From Cirrosporium novae-zelandiae (Eukaryota), in contig JAPETS010000008.1 in assembly GCA_026023565.1 (NCBI GenBank), positions 496,001-560,000 on the forward strand: a stretch of 64,000 nucleotides of DNA. Direction: 5' to 3'. This document shows, piece by piece, positions 39,032 to 51,933 of the stretch. The position numbers and the translations under genes are program-made. The notes below the pieces were generated by a model that saw only the letters and a list, made by a program, of their open reading frames with translations, had not been told where the DNA came from and searched no databases. How positions within the stretch are numbered: the stretch's first letter is position 1; each line of letters opens with the position of its first letter.

Positions 39032-39877
39032 ATGGCCCCACGCGTGTTCTTCATCACTGGAACTTCAACAGGTTTTGGCAGCGAGCTTGTCAAACTCGTT
39101 CTTGCAAAGGGTGATATTGCTGTTGCTACAGCAAGAGCACCCGAAAAATTATCATTCCCAGGTGCTGAACCCTCAAATTTTTTGGCACTTTTCCTGGATG
39201 TGACCGATCCCTCTTCTATCCAATCCGCTTTCAAAAATACGATAGACAAATTCTCCCGTGTGGATGTGGTGGTAAATAATGCAGGATACGGGTTGTGTGG
39301 CTTGTTCGAATCACTTAGTGACAGGCAAATTCGACAGCAGATGGAGGTTAATTTCTTTGGGCTTATTAACGTAACCCGGAAAGCCATGGAGGTGATGCGA
39401 GATCTTAAGACTGGGGGGGTCATCCAACAAGTGACTTCAATTGGTGGACAGAGAGGGGTTCCAACATTCTCACTCTACTGTGCTTCAAAATGGGCTGTGG
39501 AGGGATTCACGGAGGCTATATCAAAAGAAGTTAAGCCAGAATGGGGAATCAAATTCACATGCGTTGAACCGGGCGGCTTTCGCACGGATTGGTCTGGAAG
39601 AAGTATGGAGTTTGGAGACAAGTTTGGAGAAGGAAATCACCCTGCTTACGATCATATCGATCCCAGAGAAAATCAGAAGAATCGGCATATGAAGCAAGCT
39701 GGAGACCCCCCCAAGGCGGCTCAGGCCATGTATGAGCTGGCAGTTATGGAAGACCCTCCGCTAAGGTGCATCGTTGGGACGGATGCCTACAAGGGAATAC
39801 TTGAAAAGTTGGATACTTATGCCCAGAATGTTAAGAGATTTGAGAAGCTATCAAATAGCACGGATGTGGATGCATAA
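39032..39877 (+). CDS. Classical short-chain dehydrogenase/reductase
   Basis: TGTSTGFG, NNAG, YCASK. Confidence 0.93.
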   Translation: MAPRVFFITGTSTGFGSELVKLVLAKGDIAVATARAPEKLSFPGAEPSNFLALFLDVTDPSSIQSAFKNTIDKFSRVDVVVNNAGYGLCGLFESLSDRQIRQQMEVNFFGLINVTRKAMEVMRDLKTGGVIQQVTSIGGQRGVPTFSLYCASKWAVEGFTEAISKEVKPEWGIKFTCVEPGGFRTDWSGRSMEFGDKFGEGNHPAYDHIDPRENQKNRHMKQAGDPPKAAQAMYELAVMEDPPLRCIVGTDAYKGILEKLDTYAQNVKRFEKLSNSTDVDA

Positions 39878-40403
39878 ATTGAGAGCGTGAAGATCTATTC
39901 TATCGTTGTACGTTCATAGGTAAATAAAAATTGATTTCGTTTGAAGGCCTCCCCAAGGTCCCTTTTCTGGTCTGTTTCCTTCTCTAGACGATAGGGAAGG
40001 AGATGCCCAAAACGACAGGTGCACCTTCTTGAACGAGTACCTTCAGGTAAAATATTTCTGTTCGAGTGACAGGAGTGAATCTGGTCACTTTGCTTGTTTG
40101 TTACGTTTGTCTGTCCGAGATCTATTTATCTTCTTTCAAAATTTCTCTTCCTCTTCCTCCTTTTACTTTTCCCATCTTCACCTCCATCTTCACCTCCATC
40201 TTCACCCTCTTCATCTCTTCTTCACCTTCTTCTTCAACCACGAAGTAAGTTATCTTCATCAACCTCAACTTCATCATCTTGAATATCCTTTCTACATAAG
40301 TGAAACTTTGATCACTTGAGCTCTTGATATTCCAATATTGTCTTGATGTAACGACTAACTACTGTGATACCCTCAGTGATTCTACTACTCTAGTACTAGA
40401 GAG

Positions 40404-40819
40404 ATGTCTACATCAGGTCGTATCCCGGATACGTCTGAGCCTCGTGCCTGCAGGCACCGGGCCAAAATGGATGCGTTTCAAGGAAATGGTCGGAAGTGTG
40501 ATGATTGTCTCGAGTAAGCATTTTCTTATCTCTCTTTTCTGTAGAGTATTAACATTTACTATAGGGCAAATTACACAATCCTCCTGAAGTGTACTCGTTG
40601 TGGGATAGTTATGTGTCGGAAATGTCATCGGAAAGCTGCCCCAATCCACACCAATGAACGCCGACATGGTAAGAGGCATAATAACCCAGACTACCAACCC
40701 CCAGAGGTATGTTTCTTTTCCTATGTTGTTATAATTATAGCTTACGTTTCTTACAGCCGCCAAAGACCAAGCAACTGGAGAATGTATTACGATATGTGAA
40801 GTACAAAAAGGGAGATTAG
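40404..40819 (+). CDS. Small 104-aa Cys/His-rich putative zinc-binding protein (3 exons)
   Basis: Exons 40404-40513, 40565-40706 and 40757-40819 joined by GTAAGC..TAG and GTATGT..CAG introns give an open frame with C-x-H-x13-C-x2-C-x10-C-x2-C-x4-C-x2-C. Confidence 0.72.
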
Positions 40820-40923
40820 AGAGGTAGTTGGGCCGAGGGAGCTATAGTCTAGCTTAATACTTTGAAATGAGATGAAGTGATCGAATAACTATTCTTCTGT
40901 AGATTCCTTTGATTAGTATTTTG

Positions 40924-41060
40924 GACGGGTAGAAATAAAAGTGACTAGACCCAGAAAAATGACCTTGGGGAGGCCTTTAAACAAAAATCAGTTTCTACAA
41001 AGCAATAAAAAATCGATTTGAAGGTCTCTCCAAGATCACTTTTGCTTCTGTCGAAAGTAC
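40924..41060. mobile_element. MITE family copy
   Basis: GACGGGTAGAAATAAAAGTGACTAGAC...GGGGAGGCCTTTAAAC...GATTTGAAGGTCTC...TCGAAAGTAC. Confidence 0.78.
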
Positions 41061-41388
41061 ATACATGTAATTAACCCTCATTGGCAACACTCCAATCATG
41101 TGCGTCACAATTCCGCATGGTGTTCCGCCCCCCGCATTCCTCCATCCCTCAAGTCCCCATACTAAAATACCAAAATGCGGGGAACCAACCTGGAATAATG
41201 AGAAAGGCCAAGGGTGGAACCAAGAAGCAACTCTACAGTATGTAAGTATATACACCTTAAGGTGTCCTTCAGGTGCTTCATGTTACATACATTGTCAATT
41301 ATTATCATCCTGGAGGAACATTAACAGCTTTTTATAAGCCTCCAACTAATACCTTAACGAAATCCAAACTCATCATAAGAAAACAAAA

Positions 41389-43296
41389 ATGCTCCACACC
41401 ATCCTCTCAAGTACCAATTGGGAACCAGCCTTTATCCTCCTCACCATCCCCGCCTCCCTCCTCGTCTACCTAATCATAAACGAATTCATCCGCCACTTGG
41501 CCCGAATCCCCAACTTCCCGGGCCCCAGAGGCCTCCCCGTCATCGGCAACATCCACCAGATCCGCGCCAATGCCGCCGAGCGGTACCGAATGTGGGCGGG
41601 GACGTATGGAGACGTATTCCAGATTCAGCTAGGAAACGTTCCAGTGATCGTGGTGAACAGTGCAGCGGCGGCAAAGGTGATTTTTGGGCAGAATTCGAGC
41701 TCGTTGAGTTCTAGGCCCGTGTTTTATACGTTTCATAAGGTGAGTGCGCAGATGGAATTATGCTTTCCCCCCCTCCTTCACAGCGGCCTAGTATATAACT
41801 AGGGCATTCATCTCCAAAAAGGAGAAGAATCACGGAGGCCTTCATACTCTTGTGTTCATAACCCCACCCCCCCCAAAAATGCCCATCCCCACTAACTCCC
41901 CTCACCCTCTCTAGGTCCTCTCCAACACAGCCGGCACCACAATCGGCACCTCCCCCTACACCCCATCTCTAAAACGACGCCGCAAGGGCGCCGCATCAGC
42001 CCTCAACAAGCCCTCAATCCAAACCTACATCCCGCACCTCGACCTCGAAACCCGGTCCTTCATATCCGAATGCCTCACTAAGAAGAAGGGAGGAAGCATC
42101 GACCCAATGCCTCTAATTCAGCGATTAAGTCTCAGTCTAGCCCTCACCCTAAACTGGGGCACGCGCATGGCCACACAAGCAAACCCCCTCTTTCACGAAA
42201 TCACGGCCGTCGAGGAGGAAATCAGCAGATTCCGATCCACGACAGGAAACTTGCAGGATTATATTCTGGTGCTGCGGATTTTGGGATGGTTTGGGTTGGG
42301 GTCCGGGTCGAAAAGGGCACGGGAGATGAGGGGGCGGAGGGATGTGTATCTAGGGCTGCTGAATCGGGATTTGGAGGTTAGGATGGAGAAAGGGGTTCAG
42401 AAGCCCTGCATCCAAGCCAATGTTATGCTAGATGAAGAGGCAAAGTTAAATCGCGAGGAGCTGACTAGTATTAGTTTAACCATGCTTTCTGGCGGGTTGG
42501 ATACGATAACTACCTTACTTCAATGGAGTATTGCACTACTAGCGAAGCGTCCGGATATCCAAGAGAAAGCGGTTGAGGAGTTGAGGAAGGTGTATGGGCC
42601 GGACCAATTGCTGTGTGATGCCGAGGATGATCAGAGCTGTGAATATATAGTCGCACTTGTGAAAGAATGCCTCCGGTAAGCAAAAGGCAGATGGAGCTTC
42701 TGAACCGCGTATGTTGCGTAATTAACCCCTTCACCCACCTTCAAAATAGCTTCTTCACCCCCCTCCGCCTATCTCTCCCTCGCGCATCCATCCGCGACAT
42801 AACCTACAAGGGAAAAACAATCCCCTCAGGAACAACCGTATTCCTCAACGCCTGGGCCTGCAACATGGGTACGTCCCCCCCCCCTTCCAAAAACCCCAAA
42901 CCCCCTAACCCCCTTCCCCACACAGACCCAACACACCACTCCCCCCCCTCCCCACCCCCTTCGATATTCACCCCAGAACGCCACCTCCCCCCCTACTCCG
43001 CCTCCCCTTCCGCCTCTCCCCAACTCTACACCTACGGCCTCGGCTACCGCATGTGCGCCGGCTCTCTGCTCGCAAATCGAGAACTCTATCTCGTGTTTGC
43101 GCGCATGCTTTCGTGTTTTGAGATTCGTTTGGATGGAGAGGTTGATACGGATCCGGTGAGGGGGTGTAGGGATCCGACGGGGTTGGTTAGTACGCCGGGA
43201 GGGTATCGGGTGTTTTTTGTGCCGAGGGGGGATTTGGGGGAGATGGTAGGGGGGTGTAGTGGTGGGGATAGGGATGGGGGTAGGGGGGATATGTGA
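41389..43296 (+). CDS. Cytochrome P450, phenylacetate/hydroxyphenylacetate hydroxylase-like (CYP504-like)
   Basis: N-terminal TM, PGPRGLPVIGN, SRPVFYTFHK, TIGTSP, SGGLDT, KECLR, heme motif YGLGYRMCAG; three introns. Confidence 0.85.
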
Positions 43297-43767
43297 TATG
43301 TGAGTGAGTGATAATAGTCGTTGAGGATTTTTGTCTAGCGGGCCCCCTCGATATCCCAAAAGAAAAAAAGAAGAAAATTGATTCCAAATCAGAAACTGGG
43401 TTTTGGATGAAATCCTTATCTTGCTTCCTTCAAAAAAAAATCTCGAGAGAAAAAAATGGAACTAAATAAATCACGCTAACACAATATACAGGAGTCCAAA
43501 AAAAAAAGGTCATAGAACCCACTAATGACTAATTGACGGTGACGCCTCTTTCGGATATTTATAAGGGCTGTTGATAATATACCAAATATATCAATAAGCA
43601 GGTGAAGCATTCAATATTCACATTAAGAGTGGGCGTATAGGTAAGTAAAATAGCCAAAAAAAAACGCGCCTATTAACACTCAAGAATCATCTAATATCCA
43701 ATCCATATTCACAAACAAGAAAAGAAAAAAACCGCTACCCAAAATCCCTATCATGAATCATTCTAAT

Positions 43768-44768
43768 TTAGAATCCCTTCTCAGCTAGTTCTTTCTCAGA
43801 CCAGTCCCACAGTTTCTCAGCTAGCTTCTCATCCCTGGCATAGGAGTTTCCTCCATTCTTCTTTCCAACAGGCACATAATATGAACCGCTCTCCAATTCT
43901 TCTTTGGCGACTGTCGAAGCCCACAGTTGGTTCTTGGTGCCATCGTGGACATTAAATCCGGGATACAAAATCCTGCCCACGGGCATCATGACCTTCCAGA
44001 ATAGTCCGGCATTGTTGATGGAGTTGTATAGATCGGTATAGATGACACCTGGATGGACTGCCACTGAGGTGATCTCGGGGTGGTGCTTGGCAAGACCCTT
44101 GGCAAAGAGGATGTTGGCAAGCTTGGATTGTCCATATCGAGTCCATTCGGCGCATGTGTTAAGGTGTTCTTGGTCGAAAATAATTCCTCCAGATGGGCAC
44201 ATCTGATGGCCTATGGATGCGAGGCTAATGATACGAACATCTGCGTTTGGCTCTTTGGCGGTGGAAAGAAGGGTTGGCATGAGGAGCTTTGTGAGGAGGA
44301 AATGGCCCATGTGGTTGGTGCCGAATTGGATTTCATAGTGTTCCTTGGTGAAGCCTGGGGGCACTGCCATAATACCAGCATTGTTCATTAGGACATCAAG
44401 GCGAGGAGATTGTGACTTGAAGGATTCAACGGCGGCTTTGATGGAGTCAAAGGAGGTAAGATCGCATTGAATAAAGGTGACGGGTGCATTTGGAACGGCC
44501 TTCTTGATATCCTCAATGGCAGTTTCAGCTTTCGAAGGAGTACGTGCGGCCATATAAATTTGCTTCGGGCTATGTCTGGACAATTGGATGATTGCTTCTT
44601 TCCCCAAGCCAGTATTTCCTACATCATTGCCATTAGCATGTGATTGACCTTTTCGAGAGAATTTCTGGAATGATAAAGGTACATACCTCCTGTTACCAGG
44701 ATGACCTTCCCAGAGAGATCTGGAATGTCAGTCTCCGGCTCCCAAGTTTTGCCTCCAAAGCCAAACAT
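43768..44768 (-). CDS. Retinol dehydrogenase/WWOX-like SDR
   Basis: DLSGKVILVTGGNTGLG across an intron, NNAG, QFGTNHMGH, YGQSK, HPGVI. Confidence 0.92.
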
Positions 44769-46046
44769 TGTGATTGTTCTTGTGATAAGTAGTACTGGGA
44801 AAGCAGTTGTAGGTAGATATGGGGTGATATGGAATATGAGATATGGGAATTATGGATGATGAAGTAGGCAATTTATTTGAATATGTGGTTCCCTGATGTA
44901 TTAGTTTTTGAGAAGCTATAGCGAAAGGAAAGGCATGAACTGAGCAGCTGCAGGGCATATTTATATAGAAATAATTGCCTGACGGTGATCTGGCCGTTTT
45001 GGTTGTACTTTGTCTGATAGTTGGGTGATCGGCCGGATATTTGGATTTGTCCGGGTCTGGTTGGTGTCTGGTTGGCGCTGTCGTACTGTACCTGTAAACT
45101 TAGATTAGGTGACATGGACTTAGCAATCATATCTTCGACATCTATCCGAAGACCAAAGTACAATGTGTAGAGTAAGTACGTATATGATATTATCGTTATA
45201 TTTAATTATTGGAGTGTTTAAAAAGATAAAGATATTATAACCGTTACGACCGTAAGCCCTAAGGATTTGTTGATGAACCGAAGGATACATGACAGGTGCT
45301 ACATAGGTTACAAATCTTTCGGGGAACAGTTTATCCTCCTTCCGCCCATCACCTACCTTAGGCACGTAGGTACACCCTACAACTGATGAACCGAGGTACT
45401 CGTGCCACTCAAATTTCCATAAGCAAAGCCTTTCGCACTTTTTTTTGATTTTTCTCTCTTTATCATAATTAAATCACTCATCATAAGTACAGTACATGAT
45501 TTATCGAGAAGTAAATTCAGGGAAACCATTAGGGGCCAGATACCATACGAGAGTGATAGTAAATATAATAGATACCCAAGTAGTCTACAAATCAATGGAT
45601 AGAATAATCACTTGTTTTTTTTTTGGTATCTTTATTTCCACCAGTAACATGCATACGTGTAGCAAATGAGATATCTATATCTATACATGTATCTATCTAT
45701 GCTTGCTATGCTTGATGACTACAAGCAACTAATTAGAGGGTTCAAAGTTCGTCTCTCTTGGGTGCCTGAGGCGCTAACCTAAAAAAAACCCCGCTCAACT
45801 TGAACCAGACGGCAATAACCGAACAATATCGCACTTTGAAAGAATTCCTAGAAATCCATTTGAAGGCGAAAGTTCAAATCAGCTCCTTCCTCAGTCTCAC
45901 CCTTTGTAAGCAATTCATCTCATTTACCTCATCCTCAACGTTTCCCATCAACAAATTATATCACTAATTTCGTCCTAGACGTCTTTACTCCTACTCATCT
46001 TCCTTCCTGGACCCGGAATCGGTGGAAGAAGGGAAGATTTACTATC

Positions 46047-46807
46047 ATGGATCCCGCAAAGTTCGCTAGACTGCAGCAGTCGGTGCGAATTGGTATGTAT
46101 TCTTTATAGGAAAATGTTTGAATTTTTTTTGAATATAATTGGACAATAACTAATATATGGCCTTGTAGGGTAAGCTTAGTTTTCTTTCCCATTCTCGCCA
46201 GATGCATATTCTCAGCCTCATCGCTTCAAGACGCAATTCCTAGATTCAACTCCATGCTTTGGGAAAGAGATATAGACTAATAGAAAAATGCGACGCTAGG
46301 GGGAAGGGTACGCCAAGAAGAAAGATGAAGAAGGTCCACAAGAACACCGGCACAGACGACAAAAAGCTTCAAACTTCTTTAAAGAAGCTCAATGTCCAAC
46401 CTATCCAGGCCATTGAGGAGGTCAACATGTTCAAGGAGGATGGCAATGTCATTCATTTTGCTGCTCCCAAAGGTATGGCACCGCTTTCTGATGAGATCCG
46501 GCAGTTCCCTATTCTATTTAGTCCCATATTGAATCTAGCTAACATGATCTCTTTAGTCCATGCTTCCGTACCATCCAACACATTTGCGATCTACGGTAAT
46601 GGCGAGGACAAGGAGCTCACTGAACTTGTTCCTGGAATCCTCAACCAGCTTGGTCCAGACTCTCTGGCCTCGCTCCGAAAATTGGCTGAAAGCTACCAGT
46701 CAATGCAGAAGAAGGAAGGCGAGGAGGGAGAAAAGAAAGATGATGAGGACGATGATGATATACCCGATCTGGTAGAAGGCGACAACTTCGAAAGCAAAGT
46801 CGAATAA
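46047..46807 (+). CDS. EGD1: Nascent polypeptide-associated complex beta subunit (BTF3)
   Basis: [41 protein letters not shown]; exons 46047-46092, 46169 (1 nt), then from 46300, plus one further intron. Confidence 0.95.
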
Positions 46808-47558
46808 GAAGACAACGGATTCACTTAGTCCAGCGGGGTTGCTTGTACATTGAAAAGTGGTTTTACAGGCAGACATGGTTTCCATGGAACAGTCGAATAA
46901 GGGTCAATCGATCAAGGATTGAAAACAACTCAAATCCAGAATATTTATCCTTTGCGTCCCCCGAAAGCCCTGACTTTTATTAACGCCAATGTGTTGTTTT
47001 AACAGTCTTTGAGGCTGATATGAGATATTTGCATACAAGAAGATTCGAGGTAGCGGTAACGAAATGCCATGAAGAAAATAGTGACCTCCATTTGATTGAA
47101 CAATATTGCTATAATTATCCATATCATGCTCTGATTCTAGTTTGAAGTTGTAGTTCGTTATACCCCTCCCTGACTGATAGACTAGATGTTGTAGATTGTA
47201 GATTGTAGATTATAATCTTTAGTGAGGGGTTACGGCGCAAGTACGACCATTAAGGCCGGGATAATTTAGATGATTCAAGAAAGGCAGAAATGTGAAATTC
47301 GCATGGACTTGCCAATATATGACTATTAGCCTGGGTACCTACAGTAGGTGACGACAAGTCTTTGGTAAAATCCAGCGATGTTGTTGTTGATGTTGCACTT
47401 CCATAGTCTACGGTATCTACCTTAGTTAACTAATCTAATCCACATAACCATCTCCTATTCGATCAACCACTTCACTTTCAACACTTTTACCACTCGCAGC
47501 GTTTTTTATTAACATTCCCTAATCCTTATAGAAAAACTTACAGGCTTTATTTGCTACA

Positions 47559-48705
47559 ATGGCTAGCTCTGCCGCGGCACTTGTAGTGCCTGCTTTAAAG
47601 AAGCACACTGGTACAGTTATCATGGCCCATGGCTTAGGTGATAGGTGAGTAATTGTGGAGAGCGATTAACGTATTTTCAATCTCAATAGAATTCTCAATC
47701 GGAATTAAATTGTTATTAACTTGAATGACTTCCATATATATAAAATGGAAATAGCTAATCTGTTACTAGTGGTGCTGGATGGTAGGACTTCAAACATAAA
47801 TTGTTTCCAATGGACCTGCTAAAGTCAACGTGCAGGATTTCATTGGCAGAAAACTGGCGTAAAAGAGGGAAGTTTGAAGAAATCTCATTCATATTTCCAA
47901 ATGCGCCCTCCATCCCGATCACAGTGGTAGTCGCCCCATAGTCTCATTGAATTGAATCTCAACTAATGTCACTACCTAGAACTGGGGAATGAGAATGCCC
48001 GGTTGGTATGATATTGTAAGACTTTCTCGTTTGGTTGAAGACGAAAATGAAGTTGTTCCTATTATATCGGAAAGCTCTATTCACCTCCAACAAGCAAATC
48101 CAAATAAATATCCGCTAGCAGCTAGAAGCTTACGAGTTTTGTATAGAAAAACTTCGGCGCCTTGGTGTCAGATGACCAGGATGAGCCAGGAATTCTTCGT
48201 ACTCGGGACTATTTTAACTCCCTCATCAAAACCGAAATCGACAAAGGCATACCTTCGTATCGCATCATTCTCGGAGGATTCTCTCAAGGAGGAGCTATGT
48301 CTCTTCTGACTGGGGTCACGTCCGAAGTAAAGCTCGGAGGGATATTCGGACTCTCCTCTTATCTCCTACTTCATGATAAACTTCAGAGTATGGTTCCCAA
48401 TGAGAATCCAAATAAGGATACCCCCATCTTCATGGGACATGGTGATTCAGATCCAATGGTCAAGTATCAGTGGGCGAAGATGACAGCAGAGAAGCTCACT
48501 GAATGGGGATATAAGGTGGACTTCCATACTTACAAGTTAGCATAAGCCCCTGAAACCTCACGATAGTTCATCCTGCATTACCTTTTTACTAACTACTTTA
48601 AGGGATCTTGTACATTCCGTTGATCCCACCGAGATTGATGATCTTGAGAAATACATCATGGAGAAGCTACCTGTCATGGATCAAGGTTCTCAATCTGGTT
48701 TATGA
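47559..48705 (+). CDS. APT1: Acyl-protein thioesterase 1 / lysophospholipase
   Basis: HGLGDSGAGW (12-nt microexon 47770-47781), FPNAP, MPGWYDI, GFSQGG, HGDSDP, catalytic HS; five introns. Confidence 0.92.
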
Positions 48706-49192
48706 CTGGACCAAACGGAGCAAGGCTACAAGGCTACGGTACCACTCTGGGGTCAATTGTTGCTTAGTATCTTGATGCTATTGCTTTTATGGCATTGTTG
48801 TATTCGGAAATCTGGATCTCACACTCGGCTTCACTAGATTTCCTTTGGACTCTTCTCTGCTAGCTTAGATTAAAATTAACGACATGGATTGGCAATATTA
48901 GATAATTCGTAAAATGCATCTCCTTTCATGAGGGTAGTAGTACGAAGCCCTTGATATCCGTATTTAAATGGCCAGGGTAAGTTGCATAAGAACTTGTTCT
49001 TCATGGATAGTAAAGCTGCCTTTAAATGTAAGTGAATAGCGTCGTTAAATTTCTATACCCGGCTATAACAAAACACCGGGCCGATAATAATCCGATATTC
49101 CACTGACGTAACTCAGTAGCTACCTTCAAAGAATTCATTTATTGAATAACATCTCAGCATACTTCCAACTCACCACCTAAAATACCTTCAAC

Positions 49193-49791
49193 ATGTTCCG
49201 ATTTGTTGGTTGCAGAAGCTCCCCTAGATCTCCAGACGGGTCGGCTGACGTGATAATATTATAGCACAAAACCCTCGATGTTGTTACGCTTTTCCACAAG
49301 CCCACCCTTCCGACCTCGACTAGAGTCCTTACTTTGTTGAAGCAAGCTTCAGCGCAAGCCAGTGACTATGCTACCGAAGACCAAGCCTCGGACCATTCTC
49401 ATCACAACAAAGTCCAACGGGCTGGCTTCGAATTAAACGTCACCGAGGATGCACCAACTAGCGACCAGCTCCGAACTATCTTGCAATACGTTGGGGCAGG
49501 TAGAGTCGGTGAATTAGTTAAAGGTGCACGTAATGAACCAGATGCTCTGAGGAAGTTGAAAGAAAGTGGAGAAAACTTCCAACGGCCCGTGGTTTGCTCC
49601 CTCTGAACATGCGTATCGAGTAACAAACTGACATGGCCTATAGACTGTCGACTGGAACAATGGCAAAGCAGGTAAACACCCCCCTAGATCTTCTAGACAT
49701 TATTGAAGTTCACCATGTTGTAGTTGTTGGAGCAAAGGAGTCAGAGATTCTCAAGATGCTCAATAGCCTCCCAGGCGAGGACAACTCCTAA
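49193..49791 (+). CDS. FMP46: Mitochondrial thioredoxin-fold protein Fmp46 (DUF1687)
   Basis: MFRF|HKTLDVVTLFHKP, FELNVTEDAPTSDQLRTILQY, RPV|TVDWNNGKA. Confidence 0.8.
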
Positions 49792-51521
49792 GAAGCAGTG
49801 TCCGAAGCGCGCTTTGATAGCTTTCAATTACTAATAATGTTGCCGAGCCTAACACAAAGATGCTGCAGTTCTTGAAACTAGCAGGATTATATCTTTTTTA
49901 TTTTCAAGAGAAATCCCCCTAGAGAATCCATTAGCATTGGATTTGTACATTCAAAAGATCTTATGCGTGACCCATGTCATTTCGGACCTTGCACGCCTAG
50001 CATGACGTTCGAGATACTCATACTAGAGTATTTTATATACTCCCCTCCTTTTCTTTTTATACAATTTCCTTCCTATCAGTAGTCTGATATATATTTTTCA
50101 ATTCTTTTCAAACCGATGATTATATTCTTCCCATAGTAGTATATATTGCAGCTATTATTGCTACCCCGGATGCAAAATGCTTGGGCCCACCAGAGTCTGA
50201 TTAACTTACTCCGGTTAGTCTAATCTTCTTATAATTCTTTAAAGAAAAATATATATATATATACGGACCTAGGATATGCACTGTTTAAGGCCTTCCTCAA
50301 TTCATACTTATGGAGTATTCCCTCTTCCCGGAGTCAGGGAACCCTTATGTAATGAATGCCTAAGCAAATGCTATCTTCAGTCTGGAAAGTGCATCTATAC
50401 CAGGCTTGATTTGGCTTGAGTTGGACCCATTCACTCCCATTTCTTCGCTTCTTACCTTTAAGCCTCCATAGGCTTGCATCTATGTTGACTTCCACATTCA
50501 AGCGCCAATTTGGATGGTCTGATTCTGTCTTATTATATGGATTTCAAAGGATTCCCCATTTGAATAGCGACACGGGAGGGTATTTGGAAGCTTTTGACCT
50601 AAGTCGTTAGCCCCAAATATTTGCAATCTGAAGAAGTCGACAGTCTTTCGGGTTGGGATCCTAGAAATCGTGAGACAACTAGATTTATACCATCTGAGTA
50701 CTAACAATTCAATAGATATTTCATTTATCGCAATGGAAATAGTCGGCAACAATCGCAAGGTTCGAGGTCTCTTCAAGGATGATGCCCGTGATACTATCGG
50801 CCCTAAGATGGTCGAAAATAGCTTTCTGAGACTCGAACAGCACCCGTTTGAGAAAATCTCGTACACTATTTTCTGTGCTTCATGTGGTGCCAAAGGGAAG
50901 CTATAGTTGCTTACCTAAGAAGTGACCTCGTACCCTGAATACTTGGTTCGCTTATTATTGTGAGTTGGGAGGTGTTTTCAGGACTCGACCTTGCCATTCA
51001 CTGCTGCGGGGGCATACCCTCAGATATGGCAAAAGCATATAAGGTAGTGAATGAGCAGTATGCCCCTGCAGATTCTATAATGTGTTGGGTAATCCATCAG
51101 CAGGATTTTGCCTGTCTCTGCTATATTAAAAGCACAACGTACCTCATACGCCTAGGTAAGAGGGAGCCTAGGTAATAGAAGCCTCTAGACTTAGAGATGA
51201 AAGAGCATGGAGAACACACGTGCCTGAGGGTAGGAACGTCCGAGAGCCTTATTTTTGGTGACAAGATATCATTCTTGGTCAGCCTAGATCCTCAACTGTG
51301 AAACAACCAAAATCACAACAACAAAGATCTCATGCATTCACTGTGACTCAACTGAGTGGTTCCCTCAAGTTGTTTCGTGCAAATACGAATTCCTCGACGT
51401 CGAGCTGCCGTGATTTTGTTGGGTACCCCGACACAAACTGCTATCCCTCAATCCAACTATTAGCCACTGACAGGAAGTCTATTGAATTCTTTTTCATATC
51501 AGAAAATTTCTGTTGCTCACG

Positions 51522-51730
51522 CTCATTCTTTCTCACACGCATCAAAACATTTCAACGATTACACAGACACTTTTGGTACTAAGAGATTTCTGCAGCTAAG
51601 ACTTCTTTCCATCTCGACCTTCTTAACACTAGAAGACTTTTAGTACTCAAGCTCATTCTTTCTCATGTATCAAGAAACCTCAACCATTACACAGGCACTT
51701 TAGGCACCAAGATATTTCTGTCACTGAGGT
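51522..51730 (+). repeat. Diverged ~130-bp tandem duplication
   Basis: CTCATTCTTTCTCA...ATTACACAGRCACTTT.GGYACYAAGA.ATTTCTG occurs at ~51522 and ~51652. Confidence 0.75.
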
Positions 51731-51933
51731 TCTTTCAAAGTCACCTATCAAATACTTCAAAAAAATTCATTATCAAGCAAGTTTTGAGCACAACCATCAA
51801 AAACTACTTAAGAAACACCCATCGCTAGGAGCCTTAGAAGCCTTTTTTCCTCAAATATCAGACATTCTTCCTCAACTACTTTCTCACATAACCTTCACAT
51901 ACAAGCTTTCGTGTCCAAACGCTGTTTACAAAA

